DNA of 64,000 nucleotides from a virus, in the IMG/VR virus record IMGVR_UViG_3300040959_000809. One strand, 5' to 3'. Position numbers and translations under genes: made by a program. Of this stretch, positions 7,552 to 17,824 are shown in pieces (position 1 is the stretch's first letter; every line of letters starts with the position of its first letter). Under the pieces are notes generated by a model that ran no database searches, had not been told where the DNA came from, and worked only from the letters and a program-made list of their open reading frames with translations.

Positions 7552-8122
7552 GGAATCATTCAGTGCTTATGTAAAATATCTTGCTTTTAAAAGACATTTT
7601 ACTACAGACTCGTATGATTATTTCAAATACAATGGAAAAGTTAGAGCTTCGATTGATTCGTTTCAGTCGAGAAATGATTCGTTTTTCTTTCTGAAACTGG
7701 CAAGAAAAGACGATTATGAAAATATAATTCTGGCTAATATGATTGAAAAGCCAGATATATGGGTACGTGATATACTGGAGCAGGAGGGACACAATCGCTA
7801 TATAAAATGGAAAAAAAGAATGGACTCGTTAGGATATATCTTCAAGAGTGATATAAATACTATGTTGGATGAATATGAAGATAATTTTGTAGTTCGTGAT
7901 GGGCAACACCCACATATAATGACTATGATGCTACAGAAAAAAATATCCTTAGAAACATTCACCATCATGACACACTTGGCAAATATTTTTCCTTATTGGG
8001 ACAAAAAAATTGTTGACAAAGTTGTGTCACGTGATATAATGAAAAAATCAAGGAAGTATAAACCTTTCTTGGATCTTGATTGGAATAGGTACAAGACATA
8101 TGTCAAAGATCAATTCCTTTAA
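7520..8122 (+). CDS. gp59: helicase loader gp59
   Basis: YLAFKRHFTTDSYDYFKYNGK; ISLETF motif; synteny. Confidence 0.9.
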   Translation: MKMTSPTFANEESFSAYVKYLAFKRHFTTDSYDYFKYNGKVRASIDSFQSRNDSFFFLKLARKDDYENIILANMIEKPDIWVRDILEQEGHNRYIKWKKRMDSLGYIFKSDINTMLDEYEDNFVVRDGQHPHIMTMMLQKKISLETFTIMTHLANIFPYWDKKIVDKVVSRDIMKKSRKYKPFLDLDWNRYKTYVKDQFL

Positions 8123-8179
8123 TGAAGATATAAACCGCAATAAAATACTATATAACGCAAAATTAGGAGAAATAAAACC

Positions 8180-9109
8180 ATGACTATGGATTTCAACGCA
8201 CTAAAAAAGAACCGTTCTTCGTCACTAGACAAACTGAACGCTCAACTCGATAAAATCACCACAAAATCTTACTCCGACCCGAACGAGGGTAAATTCTGGA
8301 AACCGACCCGTGATAAGGCCGGTAACGGTTTTGCAATTATTCGTTTCCTTCCACCTCCTCAAGGTGAGGAAATGCCATTCGTACGTATCTGGGATCACGG
8401 TTTCCAAGGACCTAACGGTCAATGGTACATTGAGAACTCACTGACAACTCTTGGTCAGGATGATCCAGTCTCCGAGTACAATTCCAAATTATGGAACTCT
8501 GGCCTGGAATCAGACAAGGACCTTGCACGTAAACAAAAACGTCGACTGAAATATGTGGCAAACATTTATGTGGTCAAGGATTCTGCTAACCCAGAAAACG
8601 ATGGTAAAGTATTCCTTTATCAGTTTGGTAAAAAAATCTTTGATAAACTCAATGATCTAATGAACCCATCATTTGAGGATGAGAAACCAGTCAACCCATT
8701 TGATCTATGGGAAGGTGCTAACTTCCGTCTGAAAATTCGTCAGTTCGAAGGTTATCCTAACTATGACAAATCAGAGTTTGATGGACCGACATCATTATTT
8801 GATGATGATGACAAACTAGAGGCTACTTGGAAATCTCAGCATTCTCTCCAGGAATTACTAGATCCTAAAAACTTCAAATCATATTCTGAACTCAAAACAA
8901 AATTGTACCGAGTTCTTGATCTTTCAGAAGATGCAGGACCAACTGCATCTAGTCGGATGGAAGAGTCCACTACGGACAATGATTTGGACTTGAGCAATAT
9001 GGGTAACACACAGGCTTCAGCTGAAGCCGCACCGGCACCCGTGAATATGTCCATGAACGATGACGATGATGACGATTTGTCAATCTTCAAAGAACTTGCA
9101 CGCTCATAA
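8180..9109 (+). CDS. gp32: single-stranded DNA binding protein gp32
   Basis: AGNGFAIIRFLP, WYIENSLTT, GKKIFDK, NYDKSEF, acidic C-tail. Confidence 0.96.
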   Translation: MTMDFNALKKNRSSSLDKLNAQLDKITTKSYSDPNEGKFWKPTRDKAGNGFAIIRFLPPPQGEEMPFVRIWDHGFQGPNGQWYIENSLTTLGQDDPVSEYNSKLWNSGLESDKDLARKQKRRLKYVANIYVVKDSANPENDGKVFLYQFGKKIFDKLNDLMNPSFEDEKPVNPFDLWEGANFRLKIRQFEGYPNYDKSEFDGPTSLFDDDDKLEATWKSQHSLQELLDPKNFKSYSELKTKLYRVLDLSEDAGPTASSRMEESTTDNDLDLSNMGNTQASAEAAPAPVNMSMNDDDDDDLSIFKELARS

Positions 9110-9123
9110 TTAAGTAATCACCT

Positions 9124-9157
9124 AAGAGGGCTCAAATAGTTGGGCCCTCTTATTTTT
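9124..9157 (+). terminator. intrinsic terminator after gp32
   Basis: aagagggc..gccctctt hairpin plus T-run. Confidence 0.8.
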
Positions 9158-9158
9158 A

Positions 9159-9452
9159 TTGGAGAAAAACATGTCAACAGTATCAGAAGATATTTTAGAT
9201 TTTGATTTTGGATTTACTGCAGTAGATGCTGATGAGCTTGAGGTTGTACGAACTGCAACTGAAAAATCAGAGGAACTATCTGCTCAGGTAGAATCCACAA
9301 GCGCAAAAGCAGAACTTGTTTATAATGCAATTATTCCACTTCTTAATAATCTAAAGGCAAATCCTGAAAAGGATTATATTTACTGGCCTAATCGCCACGA
9401 AAAGATTGATGCTTTTGCCGACAAGCTTTATGAAATTATGAATGGGAGTTAA
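9159..9452 (+). CDS. conserved T4-like hypothetical
   Basis: FDFGFT / PEKDYIYWPNR motifs; GGAG SD. Confidence 0.7.
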   Translation: MEKNMSTVSEDILDFDFGFTAVDADELEVVRTATEKSEELSAQVESTSAKAELVYNAIIPLLNNLKANPEKDYIYWPNRHEKIDAFADKLYEIMNGS

Positions 9453-9454
9453 CT

Positions 9455-10516
9455 ATGAGTCTACTAGACAAACTTGTCAAAAACAGCACAATTAAAATGA
9501 CGGCTCAACTTACTGAGTCGACGGTTTTTGGTAAAAAAGAAATGGCAACAACACCGGTCCCTATGGTGAATGTTGCCCTATCAGGTGATCCTGATGGTGG
9601 TTTAAGCCCAGGTTTGCTGGTGCTTGCTGGACCATCAAAACATTTTAAATCAGCATTTGCACTCTTAACTGCATCAGCATACATGAAAAAATATGACGAT
9701 GCGGTTTTGTTATTTTATGATTCAGAATTTGGAACACCTCAAGCCTATTTTGAAACATTTGGTATTGATATGGACCGTGTCGTGCATACACCAATTACTA
9801 ATGTTGAGGAACTTAAATTTGATATTAGTAATCAATTAGATCAGATTGAGAAAAAAGATCATGTAATTGTTATTATTGATTCTGTGGGTAACCTTGCCTC
9901 TAAGAAAGAGGTTGAGGATGCAATGAACGAAAAGAGTGTCGCCGATATGTCTCGGGCTAAGTCACTCAAATCATTGTTCCGTATTGTTACACCACATCTT
10001 AATCTTAAGGATATTCCACTCATTGCCGTAAACCACACATACCAAGAGATTGGCTTGTTCCCTAAGGCAATCGTTTCAGGCGGCACAGGGATTTATTACT
10101 CAGCAGATGCCATTTGGATTATTGGTCGCCAACAGGACAAGGTTGGTACGGAAATTCAAGGTTATCATTTTGTAATTAATATTGAAAAATCTCGCCATGT
10201 AAAAGAGAAATCCAAGATCCCAATTTCAGTATCCTGGGAAGGTGGTATCGTCAAATGGTCAGGTCTTATGGATGTGGCCGAAAAAGGTGGATACCTTCGT
10301 AAACCAAAAGTTGGTTGGTATGAAGCGGTGGATCCCTCCACTGGTGAAATTATATCAGACAAACTAATGAGAGCAAAAGATGTAAATAATAATGAAGAGT
10401 TCTGGCAGATGATGTTTGCAAAAACTGATTTTAAAGAATATATTAGAAAATTATTTACAATAGGTGCCTCGGGCAGTATCATGGGTGAAGATGATATTGT
10501 TGAGGTTGTTGAATAA
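9455..10516 (+). CDS. uvsX: UvsX RecA-like recombinase
   Basis: AGPSKHFKS Walker A, DSEFG, IIDSVGNLASKKE, SGGTG. Confidence 0.96.
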   Translation: MSLLDKLVKNSTIKMTAQLTESTVFGKKEMATTPVPMVNVALSGDPDGGLSPGLLVLAGPSKHFKSAFALLTASAYMKKYDDAVLLFYDSEFGTPQAYFETFGIDMDRVVHTPITNVEELKFDISNQLDQIEKKDHVIVIIDSVGNLASKKEVEDAMNEKSVADMSRAKSLKSLFRIVTPHLNLKDIPLIAVNHTYQEIGLFPKAIVSGGTGIYYSADAIWIIGRQQDKVGTEIQGYHFVINIEKSRHVKEKSKIPISVSWEGGIVKWSGLMDVAEKGGYLRKPKVGWYEAVDPSTGEIISDKLMRAKDVNNNEEFWQMMFAKTDFKEYIRKLFTIGASGSIMGEDDIVEVVE

Positions 10517-10521
10517 ACCTG

Positions 10522-10550
10522 TTGACTTTTCCTATAATTAATGATATTAT
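10522..10550 (+). promoter_or_regulatory. sigma70-type promoter for gp41
   Basis: TTGACT-N17-TATTAT. Confidence 0.7.
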
Positions 10551-10616
10551 AGGTACTATAAAACAAACCGGTGGTGGCTTTTGTCACCACCTATCTTTTT
10601 ATAATATAGGGACAAC

Positions 10617-12056
10617 ATGCTAGAAAAGTCTATTTTATCAAATTTAATCTTCAACGAGGAATATTACCGAAAGGTTTATCCTTATGTAAAGGGCGAGTAT
10701 TTTGACGACTCGAACCATGAGCGTATTTTTTCTACCTTTAGTGAATATGTAGAAAATTACAAGGAGGCTCCTTCGATTGAGGCTCTTAAATTATCACTTG
10801 ACAAACGTAAGGATCTCAACGAAGACTCATATAAAAATGTAATGTCTGCGGTTGATGACTTTCGTGTTGATGAGGAAACAAATACTGAGTTCCTTATTGA
10901 TGAAACAGAAAAATTCTGTCAAGATAAAGATCTCTATAATTCAATCCGCAAGGCTATTCTTATTCTGGATGGTGAGGATAAGCAAAACGATAAGGGATCC
11001 ATTCCTAAAATCTTATCGGATTCTCTAGGTATTACATTTGACCAAAGTGTGGGTCATGATTTTCTTGAGGATTATGAAGGACGATACGAATATTATCACA
11101 AAAAAGAAGAGCGGCTGCCATTTGATATTGATCTTTTAAACAAGGTTACCAAGGGTGGCTTACCTCGTAAATCAATGACAGTTCTGTTGGCAACAACCGG
11201 TGGTGGTAAATCTTTGGTAAAATGTCACATGGCTGCAAATTATTTGATGTACGGTAAGAATGTCTTATATATAACCATGGAGCTTGCTGAGGAAGAGGTT
11301 GGTCGTCGAATTGATGCCAACATTATGGATGTTACTCTGGATGAGGTTTCAATTACACCACGTGATGTTTTTGAAAAACGAATGAACAGATACAGATCCA
11401 AGACTCCTGGTAAACTCATTGTCAAGGAATATCCAACTGGTTCTGCTCACGTAGGACATTTCCGACATCTATTAAACGAATTGGAAATGAAAAAAGGCTT
11501 TAAGCCGGATGTGGTCTTTGTTGACTATATTAACATCTGCGCGTCTGCACGGGTCAAAGGTGCGGCCGCAGCAAACTCTTACACACTTGTCAAATCTATT
11601 GCGGAGGAAATTCGTGGTCTGGCTATGGAATTTAATTGTGCCGTTGTTACTAGTTCTCAGTTTAATAGGGACGGTTACGGCAACTCTGATGTTGATCTCA
11701 CCAACACCTCTGAGTCTATGGGTATTACTCACACTGCTGATTGTATCCTTGGACTTATAACGTCGGAAGACCTAGACAGTCTAGGCCAGTTGATGTTCAA
11801 ACAACTTAAAAATCGTTGGGGCGATTTAGGATATTATCGTAGATTCCTTGTAGGCATTGAACGTGCCAAAATGAAAATCTATGATCTTGAGGAATCAGCC
11901 CAACAAAACGTACAAAATACTGATGGTAATAATCAATCGGCATCAAACAATGATACCCCTTCGTTTGATAAGACCTCATTTGGTCAGGTTGTTACCATGA
12001 ACAGTAGAGGCAAAAGTCGTAAAAATGTATTCGAGGACATGGAAGGATTCAAATAA
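10617..12056 (+). CDS. gp41: replicative DNA helicase gp41
   Basis: ATTGGGKSL Walker A, YITMEL, IVKEYPT, VDYINIC, SQFNR, QLKNR. Confidence 0.96.
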   Translation: MLEKSILSNLIFNEEYYRKVYPYVKGEYFDDSNHERIFSTFSEYVENYKEAPSIEALKLSLDKRKDLNEDSYKNVMSAVDDFRVDEETNTEFLIDETEKFCQDKDLYNSIRKAILILDGEDKQNDKGSIPKILSDSLGITFDQSVGHDFLEDYEGRYEYYHKKEERLPFDIDLLNKVTKGGLPRKSMTVLLATTGGGKSLVKCHMAANYLMYGKNVLYITMELAEEEVGRRIDANIMDVTLDEVSITPRDVFEKRMNRYRSKTPGKLIVKEYPTGSAHVGHFRHLLNELEMKKGFKPDVVFVDYINICASARVKGAAAANSYTLVKSIAEEIRGLAMEFNCAVVTSSQFNRDGYGNSDVDLTNTSESMGITHTADCILGLITSEDLDSLGQLMFKQLKNRWGDLGYYRRFLVGIERAKMKIYDLEESAQQNVQNTDGNNQSASNNDTPSFDKTSFGQVVTMNSRGKSRKNVFEDMEGFK

Positions 12057-12260
12057 ATGAAATACGAAATAGCATTATCACGGACCGGGGTATACGGAAT
12101 TTTGGAGAACACATCTGGTACTTTTATAAATATGTCAAACACCAAAAAAAGTACCATAGAGTCAGTCTGTGATAATTTAAACTGGGGCACTGGGTTTCAA
12201 GGACATACCCCCAATTTTATTGCTAACTTTTCTCCTTTGGTAAGAACAAAAAGAGAATGA
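12057..12260 (+). CDS. hypothetical protein
   Basis: 67-aa ORF abutting gp41 stop; GTGFQGHTPNF. Confidence 0.6.
   Translation: MKYEIALSRTGVYGILENTSGTFINMSNTKKSTIESVCDNLNWGTGFQGHTPNFIANFSPLVRTKRE
12125..12132 (+). promoter_or_regulatory. T4-type late promoter
   Basis: Exact TATAAATA upstream of the 12265-16514 block. Confidence 0.6.
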
Positions 12261-12264
12261 AAAA

Positions 12265-13707
12265 ATGCCTCGTAATTTTAGAAACTATTTAAATGAAGCT
12301 TCTATATTAAAACCTGATTATGTAGAAGGGCATAAATTTGCCTGGAACGGTAAAGGTGTAAAGGAATTTGAAACCGCCGGTTATAAGCGCAATAATATAT
12401 TTACTGTAGTTACTGGTTCAGAAGGTGCTGTACTCATTGGAAGCCAAGATGCTGAGAATGAAAAATACCTACAAGGACCTGACGGAAAGGTATGGCACTT
12501 TAAAGGTGGTCTAAGTTTTAAGGCATCTTCTTTTACCCATGTTAAGGAATCTGGTGGGACACCCAGTGGCGCCGAATGGGAAAACCTTATTGTATTTGCC
12601 TATAATAATCTTAAAGGTACTGCTACAGATGAGGAAACAAAGGAAGTTGCTCTCAAATATTGGGAGCGTTATGGTAATATTTCGGATGAAATTGCTAAAA
12701 ACTTTGATACCAATCTTAAGGCAAAGCAGTTAGTACAAACAGGGCGTGGTTTGGGTAATGTCAAACTTGGAAAGTTTTGGAAAGCAGCTGGTGCGACAAA
12801 CAAGACACCAAAAACTGATATCGCATCATCTAATTTTGTGGAAAAGATTTCACTTAAAAAAGGTGGTGGATCTCAGCTCATTTCAGCAGAGAAAAAAGAA
12901 GCACTTGCAATCGTCAATGCTGCCCTATACGAAATGGGTGGTAACGCACCATTTGCCAAAAAGTTAACTAAGGCTATTGAAGATAAAATGACCAGACTTG
13001 TTACAACTGAGGCGGTCACAACCCTACAGAAACGCTCAATGATGGGTGATAAGGACGCTGGTGTGATTGATTATCAGAAAAAGGATAATGATCATAAGGA
13101 ATTGTCTGCAATGCTCAAGGAGGCCATTAGAGGGGCATCCGAAAGCAATAACTTATTCGCTCGACATATTGTACTAGAGGCAGCCACTGGTAATAATAAA
13201 TTTGGTGGTGCCAATTCAAAGGCAGCCGCAAATGTTTTAGGAAAATTTGATATTAGAACATTTGAGGTGGTTGTACAACCCATTTCATCTATTGATGATC
13301 CTATTATTATAGAGTATGCACAAAAGGTACGGCCATATGTTGCATTTAAAAAAGGTTCAGCGGGTTCTGCTGCTTATTCGGCAATGCGGATGGGTTTATC
13401 CGAAGGCTATACATTCCAAAAACTAGTCACCGAAGAACTTTCAAACATTCAAGGTTTCTATCTTACAGAGGATATTCTAAACGAAGGTCCTATGGGTATG
13501 CTTAGACGTGCTGGCACATTTGCCAAACGTGCAGGTGCCGCAGCTAAAAAAGCATTGGATGCAGCAGTTAAAAAGATCATTTTAAAATTAAAAAAGGTAT
13601 TTGCAGCCATTGCCAAAAAAGGTAAAAACATGATGGCAGCCCTTATGAAGTTCTTAGGGGTTGAGGTAAGTACTGCATCAGGAATTCCAGCAGAGGTAGG
13701 TCTATAA
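12265..13707 (+). CDS. putative capsid-packaged PD-(D/E)xK-fold nuclease-like protein
   Basis: Leader MPRNFRNYLNE; AEWE ... PKTD ... ISLKK restriction-fold-like triad. Confidence 0.6.
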   Translation: MPRNFRNYLNEASILKPDYVEGHKFAWNGKGVKEFETAGYKRNNIFTVVTGSEGAVLIGSQDAENEKYLQGPDGKVWHFKGGLSFKASSFTHVKESGGTPSGAEWENLIVFAYNNLKGTATDEETKEVALKYWERYGNISDEIAKNFDTNLKAKQLVQTGRGLGNVKLGKFWKAAGATNKTPKTDIASSNFVEKISLKKGGGSQLISAEKKEALAIVNAALYEMGGNAPFAKKLTKAIEDKMTRLVTTEAVTTLQKRSMMGDKDAGVIDYQKKDNDHKELSAMLKEAIRGASESNNLFARHIVLEAATGNNKFGGANSKAAANVLGKFDIRTFEVVVQPISSIDDPIIIEYAQKVRPYVAFKKGSAGSAAYSAMRMGLSEGYTFQKLVTEELSNIQGFYLTEDILNEGPMGMLRRAGTFAKRAGAAAKKALDAAVKKIILKLKKVFAAIAKKGKNMMAALMKFLGVEVSTASGIPAEVGL

Positions 13708-14960
13708 TGAAAAGATTTAAAAACTATATTGCAGAGGAGGTCCTTACAGAGGATAAGAATTTGCATATGACGCACCTTGAGGATGCGGTCCTTGATGGGG
13801 GTGTGGTTGGTACTCGGAATGTTATTAACTATCTTCGTGCATTGAGAGACATGTTAGGTGGCAACACCAAGGCACCAGTAAATGTCTCTGTAAAATGGGA
13901 TGGGGCACCGGCAATTTTTGCTGGGAAAGATCCATCCGATGGCAAATTCTTTATTGCCAAAAAAGGTGTTTTTAATAAGAATCCCAAAATATATAAAACA
14001 GAAGCTGAAATTGACAATGATATATCAGGTGACCTTGCGTCAAAGTTTAAGGTTGCTTTAAAAGAGTTTAGTAAGCTCGGCATTGAAGGAGTGGTACAGG
14101 GTGATTTCCTATATACGAATGATGATTTACAAACGACGGCTATTGATGGAGAATCGTATATTACTTTCCATCCTAATACGATTGTTTACGCGGTACCAAC
14201 AAAAAGCAAACTTGCAAAAACAATTTCAGGATCCTCGATCGGCGTGGTCTTCCATACAACATACCGAGGAGATTCATTTGAAACAATGTCAGCAAGTTTT
14301 GGAAAGGAGATTGTACCTTCTCTCAAAAAAGTCAAATCGGTCTGGGCGGTAGATGCAGTATTTGAAGATAAGTCGGGCAATGCCACATTTACAGCTGCAG
14401 AGACAAAAGCATTAAATTCTATTCTAACCAAGGTAGGCACACTGTTCAGAACAATTAAAAAGGAAACCCTAAACGGTCTTTCAAAGGCAAATAATGAGGA
14501 ACTTAATACACGCGTAAATGTATATGTAAATCAAAAGGTCCGAGCTGGAGAACGTATTGGAAACCCTAAACAGTTTGTGGCTGGTCTCACAAAATACATC
14601 AATGACTATTACGGCAAAGAGGCAGATAAAAAGAAAACCCAGCGCGGTAAAGACACACAGACCGCAAAGCGTGACTCGGCTCTAGCCTATTTTGCAAACA
14701 ATAATAAAAAAGAAATAGAACGCTTATTTGAAATGTATAACCTATTAGTTGATGCTAAACTTATGGTTATTTCAAAATTAAACCATGTCGATGGTCTACA
14801 AACATTTCTTAAAACCAATAAAGGTTTTGAGGTTACTGGACAGGAAGGCTTTGTCGCCATTGATCATATGGGTAAAAATTCACTTAAACTTGTAGATAGA
14901 CTACAATTTAGTAAGGCGAACTTTAGTACAGAATATATTAAAGGCTGGGAGAAAAAGTAA
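13707..14960 (+). CDS. putative capsid-packaged RNA-ligase-like nucleotidyltransferase
   Basis: Leader MKRFKNYIAE; KWDG (motif I), QGDFL (III), EGFV (IV), KLVD (V). Confidence 0.65.
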   Translation: MKRFKNYIAEEVLTEDKNLHMTHLEDAVLDGGVVGTRNVINYLRALRDMLGGNTKAPVNVSVKWDGAPAIFAGKDPSDGKFFIAKKGVFNKNPKIYKTEAEIDNDISGDLASKFKVALKEFSKLGIEGVVQGDFLYTNDDLQTTAIDGESYITFHPNTIVYAVPTKSKLAKTISGSSIGVVFHTTYRGDSFETMSASFGKEIVPSLKKVKSVWAVDAVFEDKSGNATFTAAETKALNSILTKVGTLFRTIKKETLNGLSKANNEELNTRVNVYVNQKVRAGERIGNPKQFVAGLTKYINDYYGKEADKKKTQRGKDTQTAKRDSALAYFANNNKKEIERLFEMYNLLVDAKLMVISKLNHVDGLQTFLKTNKGFEVTGQEGFVAIDHMGKNSLKLVDRLQFSKANFSTEYIKGWEKK

Positions 14961-15190
14961 TGGCTTGGGTAGCAGTACCAGGATCTAATGGAATTTGGGA
15001 ATATGATAATGCGGCCAGCACAGCTGATGCTGATACATATGATGATGCAAATGGTACTGTTACTGGAGGAATTAGATCATTTACACCTCCGGGCGGTTCT
15101 GCTCAATTCACCTATATCAAGACAAGAAAAGTAGGTGAGACAATCGTTCGCGGAGAACTCAATAAAAACTATTATGACGGCAAAATTTAA
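14960..15190 (+). CDS. hypothetical protein
   Basis: 76-aa coupled ORF. Confidence 0.6.
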   Translation: MAWVAVPGSNGIWEYDNAASTADADTYDDANGTVTGGIRSFTPPGGSAQFTYIKTRKVGETIVRGELNKNYYDGKI

Positions 15191-15206
15191 GAGATAGGTA
15201 AGAGCA

Positions 15207-16514
15207 ATGGCACAATTTAACAAAGATACAGGTGAATTTCTCAATAATAATAAAACACTATATGAAGTTGTTATGGTTGCTGGCCAAGCCGGGCCCTCAA
15301 CATATGTTAATACAGGCAATCTAAACACATCTTCTGATTCTTTTGGCAGAATGAGAGTCTCAGAACCACTTACTTTGTTTGATAGTAGTCATAGATACGC
15401 CGACAATGGACTTTTTTCAGAGAGCATAACAGGAACGGCATCATCAACATTTAACGGTGATGCAGGACTTATTGACTTAGATGTTGGTTCAAGTTCCGGT
15501 GATGAAATTCTCAGAGAAACCAATAAGACATTTGCATATCAGCCCGGCAAAAGTCTATTGATTCTTTCAAGTTTTATGCTTGCTGCAGCAAAAACTAATC
15601 TAAGACAGCGAGTTGGTTATTTTGGTTCTGAAAATGGTATCTTCTTAGAACAAGACGACAGTAATATATTAGTGGTATTGCGAAGTAAAGTAACTGGTAG
15701 TGTAGTTGACACAAAAATTGCAAAGGCAAACTGGAACGTTGACTCGTTAGATGGTACAGGCCCAAGTGGAGTGACTTTAGATTTGACTAAGGTTCAACTT
15801 ATGTGGTTGGACGTTGAGTGGCTTGGTGTTGGTAGTGTGCGTTTTGGTTTTGTGGTCAATGGACAGTTTATTCCATGTCATGTATTCCATCATGCAAATT
15901 TAATTGATTCCACATACATGACAACTGCATCTCTACCATTAAGACAAGAACTTACAAATACTGGTGCAACTTCTGGTGCAAGTCAGGCAAAACAAATTTG
16001 TAGCACTGTTATTAGTGAAGGTGGATATGAACTAAGAGGTAGACAACACGCCATTGGAACTCCAATTACCAGTGCATATCAATTGGCCGATGCCGGAACA
16101 TATTATCCTGTAGTTTCAATTAGACTGAAATCTGCAAGACAAGATGCAATTGTTATTTTGACTGCATTGTCTCTATTGGGGGTTGGTAATGGTGTAAACT
16201 TCTCATGGAAAATTGTTGCAGGCGGAACAGTGACAACAGCTTCTTGGACAAGTGCTGGTTCCGATTCTTCAGTCGAATACACCTTATCTGGAACTGCGCA
16301 TGATGGCGGTGGTAGAGTTCTTGCACAGGGGTATTTGAATTCCTCTAATCAAGGTTCGCCCACAATGGATATTCTAAAAGAGGCACTATTCAAGTTTCAG
16401 TTAGAGAGAAATTCATTTGCTGATGTTATGGAACCACTCTCGTTTTTGGTTGCTCCGGCAACTGATGATGAAGATATTTTTGCCTCGCTGGATTGGGAAG
16501 AGGTTACACGATAA
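15207..16514 (+). CDS. probable virion structural protein (beta-rich)
   Basis: 435 aa, Ser/Thr/Gly-rich; DSFGRMRVS, YQPGKS, WLGVGSVRFG; position in late block. Confidence 0.6.
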   Translation: MAQFNKDTGEFLNNNKTLYEVVMVAGQAGPSTYVNTGNLNTSSDSFGRMRVSEPLTLFDSSHRYADNGLFSESITGTASSTFNGDAGLIDLDVGSSSGDEILRETNKTFAYQPGKSLLILSSFMLAAAKTNLRQRVGYFGSENGIFLEQDDSNILVVLRSKVTGSVVDTKIAKANWNVDSLDGTGPSGVTLDLTKVQLMWLDVEWLGVGSVRFGFVVNGQFIPCHVFHHANLIDSTYMTTASLPLRQELTNTGATSGASQAKQICSTVISEGGYELRGRQHAIGTPITSAYQLADAGTYYPVVSIRLKSARQDAIVILTALSLLGVGNGVNFSWKIVAGGTVTTASWTSAGSDSSVEYTLSGTAHDGGGRVLAQGYLNSSNQGSPTMDILKEALFKFQLERNSFADVMEPLSFLVAPATDDEDIFASLDWEEVTR

Positions 16515-16532
16515 TTTATTATAGGTTATATT

Positions 16533-17246
16533 ATGAAAAATTTAATTTATCAGTATTACAGTAGTCCAGATAAAGATCGAGTGAAAAAAGATAGGCCCGG
16601 TGTATATATAAATGCCGGTAATTATCACGAGTACTCTAAACAATCCATATCAGCATATGCCAAAAAGCATGGTGTTTTATATAAATTTATGGACCACAAA
16701 TTACCTGACGACATCCCTTTATTCTATGGTATTTTTCTACCATTTCTAGAGGGCTGGTGTTGGGATTATGATAATATTTGTTTTATTGATAGTGATATTA
16801 TGGCTACCGTAAATAGTGGAAATGTATTCGACTATGCTGGCAAACAAGGTCTTACATTACATAAAATGGATGCTTCAAAACATCGATTTGATTCCAAGCG
16901 AGCATTTAAATTCTTTAATGAAATTAACGGCTTCTTTAATAGTGGTGTAGTGATCTTTCCAAGATCCGAATATGAAAATTTCATACATTTTGCATCCACA
17001 TTAAAACAAAGAGACTTAAACAGAACCTCTGTCGAGAATAGTCTTGGCGGTTTTGATCAAGGTTTATTAAATACCTGGATAGCAAATCATAAACGCTATA
17101 ACGAATTGCCAAAGCAATATAATTATCATATGGGTAGATATCAAAAGCCCGAAAGATGGTACGATGGCGTGAGCCTAATACACTACCATCGAGAGGACAA
17201 AGCATTAATGGAACCAGAGTTTCAGGATGAGAGAATACTTAAATGA
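16533..17246 (+). CDS. GT-A fold glycosyltransferase (GT8-like)
   Basis: FIDSD DxD motif, FNSGVV, DQGLLN, YNY...IHY. Confidence 0.8.
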   Translation: MKNLIYQYYSSPDKDRVKKDRPGVYINAGNYHEYSKQSISAYAKKHGVLYKFMDHKLPDDIPLFYGIFLPFLEGWCWDYDNICFIDSDIMATVNSGNVFDYAGKQGLTLHKMDASKHRFDSKRAFKFFNEINGFFNSGVVIFPRSEYENFIHFASTLKQRDLNRTSVENSLGGFDQGLLNTWIANHKRYNELPKQYNYHMGRYQKPERWYDGVSLIHYHREDKALMEPEFQDERILK

Positions 17247-17824
17247 TGGGTGATTTAAAATTTACAACTTGTGGGGATTTTATGCAAGAGCAAGATACTT
17301 ATATTGACCAGTATAAAGAATTTTACAATAACGGCGGTTACGAAAATAATGATCCCGTGATGAGAGCAAAAGATGACATTAAAAAGATGCTAAAAAAGTT
17401 CGACTGTAAATCATTATTAGATTATGGATGTGGACATGGACTACAATATTCTCAGCACAAATTAGATCAGTATTGGGATATTAAAAAACTTACGAAATAT
17501 GATCCAGGTGTACAAGAATTTGAAATAAAGCCTACTGGGACATTTGATGCAGTCATTAATACTGATGTTTTAGAGCATATTCCTGAGGATTATGTATATG
17601 ATGTGATTGCAGACATTTTTAGTTATGCTGGTAAGTTTGTATACTTTAGTATTGCCACAGATCTGGCAAAGGCAGTATTACCGAACGGGGAAAACGCTCA
17701 TTGCACATTAAAACCACATTCTGAATGGGTTACCATTATTGATGAAATGCGTGGGGATATTCCTACATTGGTAAAATGTACTGGCCGTAATCGCTCAAAG
17801 ATAGGGAGCACGTTACTGGAATGA
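17243..17824 (+). CDS. class I SAM-dependent methyltransferase
   Basis: LLDYGCGHG, YDP, DVLEHIP, NAH. Confidence 0.85.
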   Translation: MMGDLKFTTCGDFMQEQDTYIDQYKEFYNNGGYENNDPVMRAKDDIKKMLKKFDCKSLLDYGCGHGLQYSQHKLDQYWDIKKLTKYDPGVQEFEIKPTGTFDAVINTDVLEHIPEDYVYDVIADIFSYAGKFVYFSIATDLAKAVLPNGENAHCTLKPHSEWVTIIDEMRGDIPTLVKCTGRNRSKIGSTLLE

